Part shown: positions 21,729 to 31,958 of the stretch, one piece after another | How positions within the stretch are numbered: position 1 is the first letter of the stretch | Layout: every line of letters starts with the position of its first letter | Assembly: GCA_043803945.1 (NCBI GenBank) | Contig: JAZDJN010000016.1 | Span: 235,410-299,409, forward strand | Reading direction: 5' to 3' | Source of the DNA: a bacterium | GTDB taxonomy: Bacteria; Bacteroidota; Ignavibacteria; UBA10030 | Length of the DNA stretch: 64,000 bases | The notes under the pieces: generated by a model | What the model was told of the DNA's origin: nothing | Seen by the model: only the letters and a program-made list of their open reading frames with translations | Database searches by the model: none | Made by a program: the position numbers and the translations under genes

Positions 21729-22021
21729 TCTTTTATATCAGGTAGTCTATTCAATAGTCTCTGACGATCAATGGTTGATTGTAACTCAATATCCCGTACC
21801 TTTTGATGTATCGATTCATCGATAGGAAAAGCTAGAGCTTCATCCATAAATATGAGAAATTCTTGGAGAGATGCAGGATCTTCTGCTGCTTTAAGTATCC
21901 GTTCTTCTTCCAACTGTCCCATCATCTCATACTTGCGTTTGAATGCTTGGTACTCTGCCATATTTTCGAAAAGCTTCATCGTCTTCACTAAGGATTTTAT
22001 ATTCGGGAACTGAGCTGCCAA
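21725..22021 (-). CDS. Small hypothetical protein, putative partner of the nucleotidyltransferase
   Basis: Stop overlaps the NTase start (ATGA). Start codon uncertain. Confidence 0.6.
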   Translation of the reverse strand: MAAQFPNIKSLVKTMKLFENMAEYQAFKRKYEMMGQLEEERILKAAEDPASLQEFLIFMDEALAFPIDESIHQKVRDIELQSTIDRQRLLNRLPDIKE

Positions 22022-22076
22022 CCTGAACGGTTTTCGGGCGGGGCTCCCTCACAGTTAGAATTAACGTATCGGGTCA

Positions 22077-22376
22077 TTAAGCCGTCTTCTCAATTCCTTC
22101 TTCATTCTGAATGATGATTTTGGGAGAGGGATTTTTAGGTGGAATGGGCACCCCATGTTCTTTCATGATAAAGGTATGCTCACGCATTCCCCATCGAGCT
22201 TTATAGAGACAATCTTCAATGGAATGTCCGATCCCTGTAAATCCTTCTAACTCGGGGGAATAGAATCCAAAAAAGTCTGGCTCTTTCGTTGCTTCGATGA
22301 TAAGAGAATAATCTAAGTCTAACAATCGCTTTATCCAATCGCTCACGTTACGCAAAAAAGAAAAATCATCGATCAA
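22077..22376 (-). CDS. HicB-family antitoxin-like protein (orphan)
   Basis: YSLIIE...FYSPELEGFTGIGHSIEDCL...GVPIP matches the HicB N-terminal fold. The real start is probably ~50 nt downstream of 22376. Confidence 0.75.
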   Translation of the reverse strand: MIDDFSFLRNVSDWIKRLLDLDYSLIIEATKEPDFFGFYSPELEGFTGIGHSIEDCLYKARWGMREHTFIMKEHGVPIPPKNPSPKIIIQNEEGIEKTA

Positions 22377-22413
22377 TGGAGGTATTTCTGAGCAAAATCA
22401 AACCTCCCCATAT

Positions 22414-22552
22414 GGGGCCGTCCAAAAAGAAACGATCTGTCACACCGGAATGCTTCAATCCGGTGTCCAGTGCCTTAATTAAGCATTTTTCTGGATTCCG
22501 GTTAGAAGATTACCGGAATGACAGTGCACTAGTTTTCTTTTTAGACAGCCCC
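22414..22552. mobile_element. MITE-like element with ~20-bp terminal inverted repeats and an internal REP-like double hairpin
   Basis: GGGGCCGTCCAAAAAGAAAC (22414-22433) versus GTTTTCTTTTTAGACAGCCCC (22532-22552). Internal GTCACACCGGA...TCCGGTGTCCAG...CTGGATTCCGG...CCGGAATGAC. Confidence 0.7.
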
Positions 22553-22673
22553 AAAAGGGGAGGTTAAAAACAAGAATAACCACTTCAATCAAGAAGCTTC
22601 TTCGTTTTAAGTAACAACAGTAATCAATAGAATTTTAATCAAACTGTTGGCCATTCGCAAGGTATAAAAGCTG

Positions 22674-25550
22674 CTATGGCGTAAATAATACTTTCTTCAA
22701 ATATACTGCTGTATGTGACCGCTTATTCTTCACGATCTCTTCAGGAGTCCCCTCTGCAACAATCTCCCCTCCTTCGTCTCCCCCTTCAGGACCCAGGTCG
22801 ATAATCCAATCGGCGGTCTTGATCACGTCAAGATTATGTTCGATGACGATCACGGTATTTCCCTTGTCCACCAATTTATTCAGCACTGTGAGAAGCATCC
22901 GGATATCTTCAAAGTGTAATCCGGTTGTCGGTTCATCCAGAATGTAAAGTGTCTTTCCGGTACCAATTTTCGAAAGCTCCGTTGCTAATTTCACCCGCTG
23001 CGCTTCTCCTCCGGAGAGAGTCGTGGCCTGTTGGCCCAAACGGATATATCCGAGCCCGACGTCAAAGAGAGTCTGCAAATGTCTCATAAGGCGGGGATAC
23101 TCGCTGAAGAGCGCCATCGCATCTTCAACGGTCATATCAAGAACCTCTGCGATCGATTTACCTTTATAGTGAACCTCGAGTGTTTCACGATTATACCGTT
23201 TCCCTTTACAAACATCGCAGAGCACGTAAACGTCAGGGAGGAAATTCATTTCTATTTTGCGCACTCCGTCGCCCTCACACCCCTCGCAGCGGCCGCCTTT
23301 CACGTTAAAACTAAAGCGTCCCGCCTTGTATCCGCGTATCTTTGCCTCCGGCAATTGAGTATAGAGATCGCGGATGAGTGTAAAGAGCCCTGTATAGGTT
23401 GAAGGATTTGAGCGTGGAGTTCGCCCGATGGGAGACTGGTCGATATCGATAACTTTGTCGATGTGCTCGATTCCCTTTATTTCTTTATAGGGGAGAGCAA
23501 CCATGCGGGAGCGATAAAATTTATTGGAAAGAATCGGATAGAGCGTTTCATTAATCAGCGAAGATTTGCCGGATCCGCTGACACCGGTTACGCAAACGAA
23601 TGTTCCAAGGGGAAGTGCTAACGTTACCGATTTGAGATTATTCCCTGTTGTTCCTTTCAGGACAATAGATTTCCCGTTTCCAGCTCGTCGTGTTTCCGGG
23701 ACCTCGATCTTGCGCATTCCCTTCAGATACATTGTTGTAAAAGACTGGACGGATTGAGCGGGACCCCGATTCAACTCCAACGTACGATGAGTCTTCAATT
23801 CACCGGGTCTGCCAGTCGTCACAACGTAACCCCCATGCTCACCAGCTCCCGGTCCCAAATCAACAACAAAGTCTGCATGTTCAATGGTTTCTTTGTCGTG
23901 CTCAACAACGATGATGGTATTACCGAGATCGCGAAGAGATTTCAATGAGGTGATGAGTTTGATATTATCGCGTTGATGAAGCCCGATGCTGGGTTCATCG
24001 AGGATATAGAGTACGCCGACCAATTGGGTGCCGATCTGAGTGGCAAGACGTATTCGCTGACCTTCCCCGCCGGAAAGCGTCCTCGCCGAACGGTCAAGTG
24101 TGAGATAATCAAGTCCAACATTCAGGAGAAAATCGAGCCGCTGTGTAATTTCTTTGAGGATCTGCCTGCCGATTTCCTGCTGCCGCGGGGATAGTTCCAA
24201 AGCATCAAAAAAATTTCGTGTCGATTTGATAGACATCGAGACAATGGAATTTATCGGGTATGCCGATCCATCCTGTACATTTTCCAACTTAACGGCCAAG
24301 GATTCTTTTCTTAACCTCCCACCGTTACAGCTTTCACAAGGAGCCGTGCTCATAAATGATTCAACCCACTCCCGAATCTGATTACTCGATGTCTCTTCGT
24401 AGAATCGGTTCATCATTTGCAGCACACCGCCGAATCGATGACGATAGGTTAGGACACGGCCGCTCGACTGTGAATATTCGATCTCGAATTTTTCACTCCC
24501 CGCGCCGTAGAGGAGAACTTTCTTCGCCTCAGGAGTAAGCTCGTTCAGGGGAGTGTCAAAGTCAAATTCATATCGCTTTGCCACTGCCCGCAACTGGCTG
24601 AACATCCATGTGGAACGCGGTTTGCCGAGTGCTGCAATTCCCTCCTGATTGATTGAACGGCTCTCATCGGGAATAATCAGTTGAAGGTTAAAAGCCCGCT
24701 TCTCGCCGAGTCCTTCGCATTCGGGACAGGAGCCTGCCGGTGAGTTAAAAGAGAATGAACTGGGTGCCGGCTCCTCATAACTGATTCCACAGTAATGGCA
24801 GGCATATTCCCGGCTGAAGAGGTGATTCTTCTCTCCATCGAATACCAAGAGCATGCCATCCCCATACCGCAATGCCACTTCTACAGATTCTGCCACACGG
24901 GTACGGATCTCTTTCTTTACTGCAATTCGATCAATCACAATTTCGATGTTGTGAATTTTATACCGATCGACCTTCATCCCCTCCTGCAGCTCTTTCATTG
25001 TTCCATCGATACGAACGCGAACAAAACCATCCTTCATGAATTGTTCAAAGAGGTCACGATAATGACCCTTGCGGCCCCGAACGACAGGTGCGAGAATCTG
25101 CAATTTCGTTCCTGCGGGAAATCGGAGAATCGCATCGATGATTTGATCGACAGTCTGGCGTTGTACTTTTCGCCCGCACTGGAAACAAAACTGCGTGCCG
25201 ACCCGGGCAAAGAGCAGCCGCAAATAATCGTAGATCTCGGTAACCGTCCCAACGGTCGAACGGGGATTGTGACTGATTGTTTTTTGCTCGATGGAGATAG
25301 AAGGGCTTAATCCTTCAATGTAATCAACATCGGGGCGTTCCATAATCCCGATAAACTGCCGCGCGTAGGCTGAGAGACTCTCAACATATCGACGTTGCCC
25401 TTCTGCATAAATCGTATCAAACGCTAAACTTGATTTTCCAGAGCCGGACAGTCCCGTGATAACGACGAACTGATCCCGCGGTATTTCGACATCGATACTC
25501 TTTAAATTATGAACCCGGGCACCCCGGATGATTAATGAATCTTCAGGCAT
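22674..25550 (-). CDS. uvrA: Excinuclease ABC subunit A
   Basis: [23 protein letters not shown], two ABC domains, zinc fingers. Start inferred at [12 protein letters not shown]. Confidence 0.98.
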   Translation of the reverse strand: MPEDSLIIRGARVHNLKSIDVEIPRDQFVVITGLSGSGKSSLAFDTIYAEGQRRYVESLSAYARQFIGIMERPDVDYIEGLSPSISIEQKTISHNPRSTVGTVTEIYDYLRLLFARVGTQFCFQCGRKVQRQTVDQIIDAILRFPAGTKLQILAPVVRGRKGHYRDLFEQFMKDGFVRVRIDGTMKELQEGMKVDRYKIHNIEIVIDRIAVKKEIRTRVAESVEVALRYGDGMLLVFDGEKNHLFSREYACHYCGISYEEPAPSSFSFNSPAGSCPECEGLGEKRAFNLQLIIPDESRSINQEGIAALGKPRSTWMFSQLRAVAKRYEFDFDTPLNELTPEAKKVLLYGAGSEKFEIEYSQSSGRVLTYRHRFGGVLQMMNRFYEETSSNQIREWVESFMSTAPCESCNGGRLRKESLAVKLENVQDGSAYPINSIVSMSIKSTRNFFDALELSPRQQEIGRQILKEITQRLDFLLNVGLDYLTLDRSARTLSGGEGQRIRLATQIGTQLVGVLYILDEPSIGLHQRDNIKLITSLKSLRDLGNTIIVVEHDKETIEHADFVVDLGPGAGEHGGYVVTTGRPGELKTHRTLELNRGPAQSVQSFTTMYLKGMRKIEVPETRRAGNGKSIVLKGTTGNNLKSVTLALPLGTFVCVTGVSGSGKSSLINETLYPILSNKFYRSRMVALPYKEIKGIEHIDKVIDIDQSPIGRTPRSNPSTYTGLFTLIRDLYTQLPEAKIRGYKAGRFSFNVKGGRCEGCEGDGVRKIEMNFLPDVYVLCDVCKGKRYNRETLEVHYKGKSIAEVLDMTVEDAMALFSEYPRLMRHLQTLFDVGLGYIRLGQQATTLSGGEAQRVKLATELSKIGTGKTLYILDEPTTGLHFEDIRMLLTVLNKLVDKGNTVIVIEHNLDVIKTADWIIDLGPEGGDEGGEIVAEGTPEEIVKNKRSHTAVYLKKVLFTP

Positions 25551-25648
25551 ATGGTACACGTTATGGACAGTGTTAAGAGGATTGCACTGACGAACGGAAA
25601 ATACTCTGTGTCCCGCCACTAGAGCACATCCAGATCGCGAATCACTCC

Positions 25649-26545
25649 CTAATACATCTTCCTTCGTTTATTTAAATATTCTATGAGCGAGGTATCGAAT
25701 GGTGTGGCTGTGTCGAGCAGGATATAGTCAATTGCATTCTCCCGGCATTCTTTCTTTATCAAGTCAAGAAACTCCTGCATCGATTTTCGATAGGCTTTCT
25801 GCACATGCCACGGTTGCGTGAGAAGCTCCTCTCTCGTTTCAAGATCGCGAAAGACAGCATCGCTGCCAAAGGCAAATGAACGTTCGAGAGGATCCAGGAT
25901 CTGCATCACGATCACTTCGTTTCCCCTGTGCCGGAAATGCTTGAGCGCAGTGATTACACTTTGGGGATCATCGAAGAGATCGCTCAGGACAATAACGAGC
26001 CCCCGGCGTTTGATTCGTTCTGCGACTTCGTGGAGCGATTGAGCAGTACCGGTTTTATTTGCCGCTTCGAGATGTTCTAGCTCACGAAGAATCTGATTCA
26101 AATATAATCGGGTTGCACGGGGAGGAAGCGATTTTCGGACCTGTTCATCATAGACGGTCAATCCAACCGCATCGCGCTGCTCGATCATCAGGTATGCGAG
26201 TGCAGCAGCGAGATACGAGGCATATTCAACTTTTTTCAAGTTCTTCTCTGATGCATAGCCCATTGAGGCACTTGCATCGAGAAGGATATACGATTTTAAA
26301 TTCGTCTCTTCTTCAAATTGCTTGATATAATAACGATCAGTTTTTCCATACGCTTTCCAGTCGATATGCTTGATCTCATCCCCTGGCATATACGGCCGAT
26401 GCTCGGTAAACTCGACACTGAAGCCATGATAGGGACTCTTGTGCAAGCCCGTGATGAATCCCTCCACCACCAGGCGTGCACGCAATTCCATATTCGCAAG
26501 CTGTGCTGCAACCTCCGGCTGCAAATATTTCATACTATCAAACAT
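25649..26545 (-). CDS. DUF58 / vWA-like protein
   Basis: GLHKSPYHGFSVEF, YMPGDEIKHIDWK, LLDASASM, VIVLSD. Confidence 0.92.
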   Translation of the reverse strand: MFDSMKYLQPEVAAQLANMELRARLVVEGFITGLHKSPYHGFSVEFTEHRPYMPGDEIKHIDWKAYGKTDRYYIKQFEEETNLKSYILLDASASMGYASEKNLKKVEYASYLAAALAYLMIEQRDAVGLTVYDEQVRKSLPPRATRLYLNQILRELEHLEAANKTGTAQSLHEVAERIKRRGLVIVLSDLFDDPQSVITALKHFRHRGNEVIVMQILDPLERSFAFGSDAVFRDLETREELLTQPWHVQKAYRKSMQEFLDLIKKECRENAIDYILLDTATPFDTSLIEYLNKRRKMY

Positions 26546-26559
26546 TTATAGAATTCCTC

Positions 26560-27039
26560 TTACTTCCCTGAGCCTTTTAGCTCTTTCAAAGCCGCACGCG
26601 CGGATTCACGCTGCAACGCTGCAGGAAAACGATTCAGGAAATCCTCGTACGCGATGGTAGCAGCATTCAGATCCTTTAACTCGCGATGAGCAATGTAACC
26701 GATCAGATATGCCGCCGTCGGGGCAATCGGATGCTGTGGATACTCTTTAAGAATTCGTTGAAAGGATTTGATTGCCTCCCTAAACGAGCTCTTTTGCTCA
26801 TAAAGAATGTTTCCCATCTGAAATAGCGCTTCTGGATACTTTTTACTGGCGGGATACAATTCACAGAACTGCCCGTATTTTTCTAATGCGGCATCATACT
26901 GCTCTGAACGATTCGCGTCCTCAGCTTCCTTAAACAAAGCCTCTTCTGTTGGTTTGTCACATCCAGCCAGCACAACAACAACCAAAAGAACTAAACTGAA
27001 ATACCGTCCTTGCATGGATCCTCCCCTCTCGCCGGTCAA
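26560..27039 (-). CDS. TPR lipoprotein (BamD/YbgF-like repeats)
   Basis: Lipobox LAGC, TPR pattern YP...ALFQMG. Confidence 0.8.
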   Translation of the reverse strand: MTGERGGSMQGRYFSLVLLVVVVLAGCDKPTEEALFKEAEDANRSEQYDAALEKYGQFCELYPASKKYPEALFQMGNILYEQKSSFREAIKSFQRILKEYPQHPIAPTAAYLIGYIAHRELKDLNAATIAYEDFLNRFPAALQRESARAALKELKGSGK

Positions 27040-27045
27040 GGCAAG

Positions 27046-27555
27046 TCACTTTTTCTTTTTTGATTTCGCTGCCAGAGGCTTGGATTCGGCAGGCGTGATA
27101 ATTTCATTAGGATTTTTCCCCAGATTTTCCAACTCATATTTTGCAGAGAGTGCCAATTCATGAGCGGGGTACTTTTGAAGAAATTCGCTATAGACTGCAC
27201 GCGCACTATCGAGTTGCTTCAATTCATTGTGATACAAGAATCCACAGAGAAACAAAGCATTGACAGCCTTGCCGGAATCGGGATATTCTATTGCTGCCAT
27301 CCTGTAATATTTAATGGAACGGGGAAAATCCTTCGAATAATTCTGATAGATCGTACCAATCGCATAGAGAGCAGACAATCGATGGTCCGACTTCGGAGTC
27401 TTGTTAAGAATTTCATTGTACAAGGAAAGAGCCGCCTGATAATTGCTTGTTTTCAACGAATCCTCGGCTTCTTTCAAATACTCCTGATCTGATTTCTGTG
27501 AACAACCAAGTATGAAGAGTAAACAAACACCAGCAACGATGATACTACCTTTCAT
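27046..27555 (-). CDS. TPR lipoprotein, paralog of the adjacent gene
   Basis: Lipobox ILGC, TPR repeats, FLQKYPAHELA. Confidence 0.82.
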   Translation of the reverse strand: MKGSIIVAGVCLLFILGCSQKSDQEYLKEAEDSLKTSNYQAALSLYNEILNKTPKSDHRLSALYAIGTIYQNYSKDFPRSIKYYRMAAIEYPDSGKAVNALFLCGFLYHNELKQLDSARAVYSEFLQKYPAHELALSAKYELENLGKNPNEIITPAESKPLAAKSKKKK

Positions 27556-27624
27556 AGGTTCTCCTTACAATAACGATGATGATTGATATAATATTAAATA
27601 ATGACAGCAGAGTCAAAGAACTCT

Positions 27625-28941
27625 TCAGTACTTCCTGAGCATGGAGACACAGAAAAATCCATCGGTGTTGTGTCGATGCGGTAATAATGTATAAGCAAGC
27701 GAGGGGGAAGCAATCCCTTCGAGCGCCGGCAATTTTGAGAATGGAGCACATTCAAACTCCGGGTGCGTGTTGAGAAACCTCTCGACAACGTCTTCGTTCT
27801 CATCTCTGAACAATGAACAGGTTGCATATACCAGCCGTCCTTGTGGTTTGACAAGAGGGACACATTGACCGAGAATTGCCAATTGCTTTTCAGCCATTGT
27901 CGTGACAAGATCTGACGTGATACTCCACTTCATGCCGGGATTTCGCCGGATCGTGCCAGACCCGCTGCATGGTGCATCAACAAAAACAATATCAAAATAT
28001 TCAAGATGATCCCGCTCAAGGTCCGATAGTGTCGCGACGTGTTTGATGCGAATTGTATCAACGCCAGCCCGTTTCATCCGACGTCTGAGTTCATCGAGCC
28101 GGTAGGAATGGATATCCGCTGCTACTATCTCGCCCCGATTTTTCATGAGGGCAGCGAATTCGAGCGTTTTCCCTCCTGCTCCGGCGCATGCATCGAGGAG
28201 TTTTGCCGTGGGTTTCGGATCGATGAGCAAAGGAAGAATCTGACTGCCAGCATCCTGCATCTCAAACCACCCATCTTTAAATGCCGAAAGGCTGAACACA
28301 TTAATCCGTTTCTCCAGTGTCAGACAGTTCGGGATTGCAGGATTTTGGTGAGCAATGATGTTTTCACGAGCCAGCCGTTTTTGACATTCTTCTAATGTCG
28401 TTTTCACTGTGTTCACACGGAGCTGAATCGGTGCCTGCTGATTCATTGCTTCACACAACTGTTTTGCCTCGCCGCCATACTCCTTAATAATTTTTTCCGC
28501 CATCCAATCTGTATAGGAATATCGCAGGGCAAGCTCTTTTTTTAGGTCATCCTGAGTCTCTAATTCCGACTGCCGCAATCCCTCAAGCAGCGAGGGCAAG
28601 TATGATTTGATGGATGGAGATACTATTTTTTGAAGAACATCATCCGGCGAGAGTTGATGGTTTGCCACCTTGAGAAGATAGGCCGCAATCAGTAAGAGCA
28701 TTCTATCATCATATCCCATATCCTTATGGTGTCCGGCGAGCGCCTTCTGAAGGAGATGTTCACACAATCGCAGGTGCCGCAGGACTCCATACGTTCCAGT
28801 TGCAATAAATTTCCGTTCCTGGGATCCGAGATATTTTCGTTTCCGGAAAAAGCTATCGATAACACTATCCGCCGGTTTAGTGGATTCCCGAACCATCAAC
28901 AACAACTCGTGCAAGTGCCCGATAAGCGATTGGAGTTTCAT
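27625..28941 (-). CDS. rsmB: RsmB/NOP family RNA m5C methyltransferase
   Basis: EMQDAGSQ, DACAGAGGK, VDAPCSGSG, YATCS, TDGFF. Confidence 0.9.
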   Translation of the reverse strand: MKLQSLIGHLHELLLMVRESTKPADSVIDSFFRKRKYLGSQERKFIATGTYGVLRHLRLCEHLLQKALAGHHKDMGYDDRMLLLIAAYLLKVANHQLSPDDVLQKIVSPSIKSYLPSLLEGLRQSELETQDDLKKELALRYSYTDWMAEKIIKEYGGEAKQLCEAMNQQAPIQLRVNTVKTTLEECQKRLARENIIAHQNPAIPNCLTLEKRINVFSLSAFKDGWFEMQDAGSQILPLLIDPKPTAKLLDACAGAGGKTLEFAALMKNRGEIVAADIHSYRLDELRRRMKRAGVDTIRIKHVATLSDLERDHLEYFDIVFVDAPCSGSGTIRRNPGMKWSITSDLVTTMAEKQLAILGQCVPLVKPQGRLVYATCSLFRDENEDVVERFLNTHPEFECAPFSKLPALEGIASPSLAYTLLPHRHNTDGFFCVSMLRKY

Positions 28942-29024
28942 TTGAACACAAGATACAGAGATTTCACTGTGAGAACAAAACGAGGTTCCAGCGGCTCCAG
29001 CAGGGTGCTAAACAAGAAAACCGC

Positions 29025-29118
29025 CCTGCCTGCCGACTTGTTCGCCGAAGCCTAGCGTAGGCGAAAGTGCCTTCGGCCTGTCTGCCGGAGCGGCAGCGCA
29101 GGCAGGCACGCAGGCAGG
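29025..29118. repeat. Nested miniature palindromic elements (CCTGCCTGC...GCAGGCAGG)
   Basis: Outer IR 29025-29033/29110-29118, inner IR 29077-29085/29098-29106, and TTCGCC...GGCGAA hairpin 29041-29065. Confidence 0.75.
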
Positions 29119-29157
29119 CAAGACGCCGAGAGCGCCAAGGAAATATTAAATTAAGCA

Positions 29158-31806
29158 TTATTCTTTCGTTGCCGTGGAATTTGGCGTTGTGATGATCTCA
29201 ACCAACCCCCGCTGATCGAGAGAGAGTTGCACCTCATCACCTTCCTTGATTACTCCTTCCAGGATCTTTTCAGAGAGCGCATTGAGGATATACCTCTGAA
29301 TCACCCGTTTCAACGGCCTGGCCCCAAATGCAGGGTCATATCCAACTTTTGCAAGCCATTGTTTCAATTCATCGGAGAAGTTTAGCACGATATTTTGGCC
29401 GGAAGAGAGGCGCTGTACACGCCGTAACTGGACATCAACAATGGATGTCAAATTGGCCAGGGTGAGCGGCTTGAAGAGAATGATTTCATCAATACGATTG
29501 AGGAACTCCGGACGAATAGTCTGTTTCAGCAGATCCAGTAGTTGCACCCGGATATCGCCCATAAGAATTTCCCGATTCTCCTCGGTCAGGAATTGCATCT
29601 TTTCCTGAATGAGGTGCGATCCAAGGTTCGATGTCATAATAATGATGGTATTCCTAAAATTCACTGTGCGGCCTTTGCTGTCCGTCAGCCTACCTTCATC
29701 GAGAACCTGCAGGAGCAGGTTGAACACTTCGTGGTGGGCTTTTTCGATTTCATCCAGCAGGACGACGGAGTATGGTTTCCTTCGGACTGCCTCTGTCAGT
29801 TGACCGCCCTCTTCGTAACCGACATATCCCGGAGGAGCACCAATGAGTCGTGAAATAGAAAATTTTTCCATGTACTCACTCATATCTATGCGAACCATAG
29901 CGTTTTCGTCATTAAAGAGAAACTCTGCCAATGCCCGCGCAAGTTCTGTCTTTCCCACTCCGGTACTGCCGAGGAAAATAAATGAGCCGATTGGACGTTT
30001 CTCATCCTGCAGGCCGGCACGGCTTCGCCGGATGGCATTTGCCACAGCACTCACCGCATCCTCCTGATCAATCAACCGCTCGTGAATGCGCCCCTCAAGG
30101 TGCAAGAGTTTCTGGCGTTCACTTTCGAGCATTCGCGAAACAGGGATCCCGGTCCACTTTGCTACAATTTCTGCAATGTCTTCGGCATCGACCTCCTCCT
30201 TCAGCATCTTTCGATCTTTCTGAACCTGAGCTAACCGTAAGGATGCATCCTTCACCTTCTTCTCAAGAGTCGCAATAGTGCCATAGCGGAGTTCTGCCAC
30301 CCTTCCCAGATTACCGCTCCGTTCCTGCTGCTCCGCTTCCATCTTCGCAGATTCAATTTCTTCTTTCATCTTGCGGATGGCAAGGATCAATTCCTTTTCG
30401 AACTGCCAGTGTGCTCTTAACTCCGAACGACTCTGGTTCAAATCGGCCAGGTCCTTCTGGATATCGGACAATCGGATGTTCGACTCTTCATCCTTCTCCC
30501 GTTTAACTGCTTCCCGCTCAATCTCGAGTTGCTTGATTTTTCGTTCGACATCGTCCAATTCATCGGGCATCGAATCGATTTCAATTCGGAGTTTCGACGC
30601 TGCCTCATCGACCAGATCAATCGCTTTATCGGGGAGGTATCGATCAGTGATATAGCGATGGCTCAGTTGCGCCGCTGCAATGATTGCCCCATCTGTAATC
30701 CGGACTCCATGGTGTACTTCATAACGTTCCTTCAATCCTCGCAGAATGGAGATGGTATCCTCTATCCCCGGTTCATCCACCAGCACCGGTTGAAAACGGC
30801 GCTCTAATGCCGGGTCTTTTTCGATCTGTTTCCTGTATTCATCAATCGTCGTTGCTCCGATGGCTCTTAAATCGCCGCGGGCCAGTGCGGGCTTTAACAT
30901 ATTGGCGGCATCGACTGCTCCCTGTGCCGCCCCTGCTCCGACCAGAGTGTGGAGCTCATCGATAAAGAGGATAATCTCTCCGTTCGACTCTGTCACTTCG
31001 TTCAGTACCGCTTTCAAGCGTTCTTCGAACTGGCCTCGGAAACCTGTTCCGGCAACGAGCGTTCCCATATCGAGAGCGATGATGCGTTTGGTTTTCAGAT
31101 TCTCCGGAACATCGCCCTGAATGATCCGATGAGCGATTCCTTCGGCAATGGCAGTTTTTCCTACTCCAGGATCACCTATCAATACCGGATTATTCTTTGT
31201 TCTCCTCGAAAGAACCTGCAACACCCTCCGTATTTCGTCTTCTCTTCCAATGACGGGATCTAATTTTCCCTTGCGCGCAAGCTCATTCAAATCGCGTCCA
31301 TAACGTTCGAGCGCCTGATATTTTTCTTCCGGATTCTGATCGATCACCCGCTGCGATCCGCGGATTTCCTTCAGCGCTTTATAGAGATCATCCTTTGACA
31401 CACCCTGGTCACGCAACAGAATGATCACTGCCGAACTCCGTGCGCCTTGCGTTGCATCTTCAGCCAGGGCAAGAAGCAGGTGCTCAGTACTGACATACTC
31501 ATCCTTCAACTTCAATGCTTCTTGTTGAGCAGCCTCAAGAAGCTGGATGAGTGCGGGTGAAAGATGTTGGCCCGTTATGCCCTGTATCTTCGGAAGCTTT
31601 TCGATCAACTCATTGATTTTGACCATGAGGTAATTCAGGTTGCTGCCAAGTTTTTGAAGAAGAGAAACAGCAATTCCCTCCTTATCCTGGACGAGGGCAG
31701 CGAGCAAATGCTCCGATTCGATCGCTTGATTACGATAACTCGAGGCTATTTCCTGAGCGTTCTGGAGTGCCTCCTGTGATTTGAGTGTGAACTTATTGAA
31801 GTTCAT
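29158..31806 (-). CDS. clpB: Chaperone ClpB
   Basis: Two AAA+ modules ([16 protein letters not shown]), coiled-coil M-domain, GAPPGYVGY. Confidence 0.97.
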   Translation of the reverse strand: MNFNKFTLKSQEALQNAQEIASSYRNQAIESEHLLAALVQDKEGIAVSLLQKLGSNLNYLMVKINELIEKLPKIQGITGQHLSPALIQLLEAAQQEALKLKDEYVSTEHLLLALAEDATQGARSSAVIILLRDQGVSKDDLYKALKEIRGSQRVIDQNPEEKYQALERYGRDLNELARKGKLDPVIGREDEIRRVLQVLSRRTKNNPVLIGDPGVGKTAIAEGIAHRIIQGDVPENLKTKRIIALDMGTLVAGTGFRGQFEERLKAVLNEVTESNGEIILFIDELHTLVGAGAAQGAVDAANMLKPALARGDLRAIGATTIDEYRKQIEKDPALERRFQPVLVDEPGIEDTISILRGLKERYEVHHGVRITDGAIIAAAQLSHRYITDRYLPDKAIDLVDEAASKLRIEIDSMPDELDDVERKIKQLEIEREAVKREKDEESNIRLSDIQKDLADLNQSRSELRAHWQFEKELILAIRKMKEEIESAKMEAEQQERSGNLGRVAELRYGTIATLEKKVKDASLRLAQVQKDRKMLKEEVDAEDIAEIVAKWTGIPVSRMLESERQKLLHLEGRIHERLIDQEDAVSAVANAIRRSRAGLQDEKRPIGSFIFLGSTGVGKTELARALAEFLFNDENAMVRIDMSEYMEKFSISRLIGAPPGYVGYEEGGQLTEAVRRKPYSVVLLDEIEKAHHEVFNLLLQVLDEGRLTDSKGRTVNFRNTIIIMTSNLGSHLIQEKMQFLTEENREILMGDIRVQLLDLLKQTIRPEFLNRIDEIILFKPLTLANLTSIVDVQLRRVQRLSSGQNIVLNFSDELKQWLAKVGYDPAFGARPLKRVIQRYILNALSEKILEGVIKEGDEVQLSLDQRGLVEIITTPNSTATKE

Positions 31807-31850
31807 TGCTGCAATTCTCCGACATCATCTTGTGAAGAACACCTTCCGAT

Positions 31851-31880
31851 AGAAAAGGCGAGGTTTCCCCCGCCTTCTCT
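31851..31880 (-). terminator. Weak terminator-like hairpin between dnaK and clpB
   Basis: Minus strand AGGCGGGGGAAACCTCGCCTTTTCT. Confidence 0.4.
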
Positions 31881-31958
31881 GTGTTGCTGTGTAATACTAC
31901 TGATTAGATTCAGTGGAATCCGCACGCCACTGCATTTCTGTGCTGTGCAGGAGTGCAC

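Noticed and set aside
22376-22567. 63-aa plus ORF as a possible HicA
   Set aside because: It is on the opposite strand, has no HicA motif and is just a translation of the MITE.
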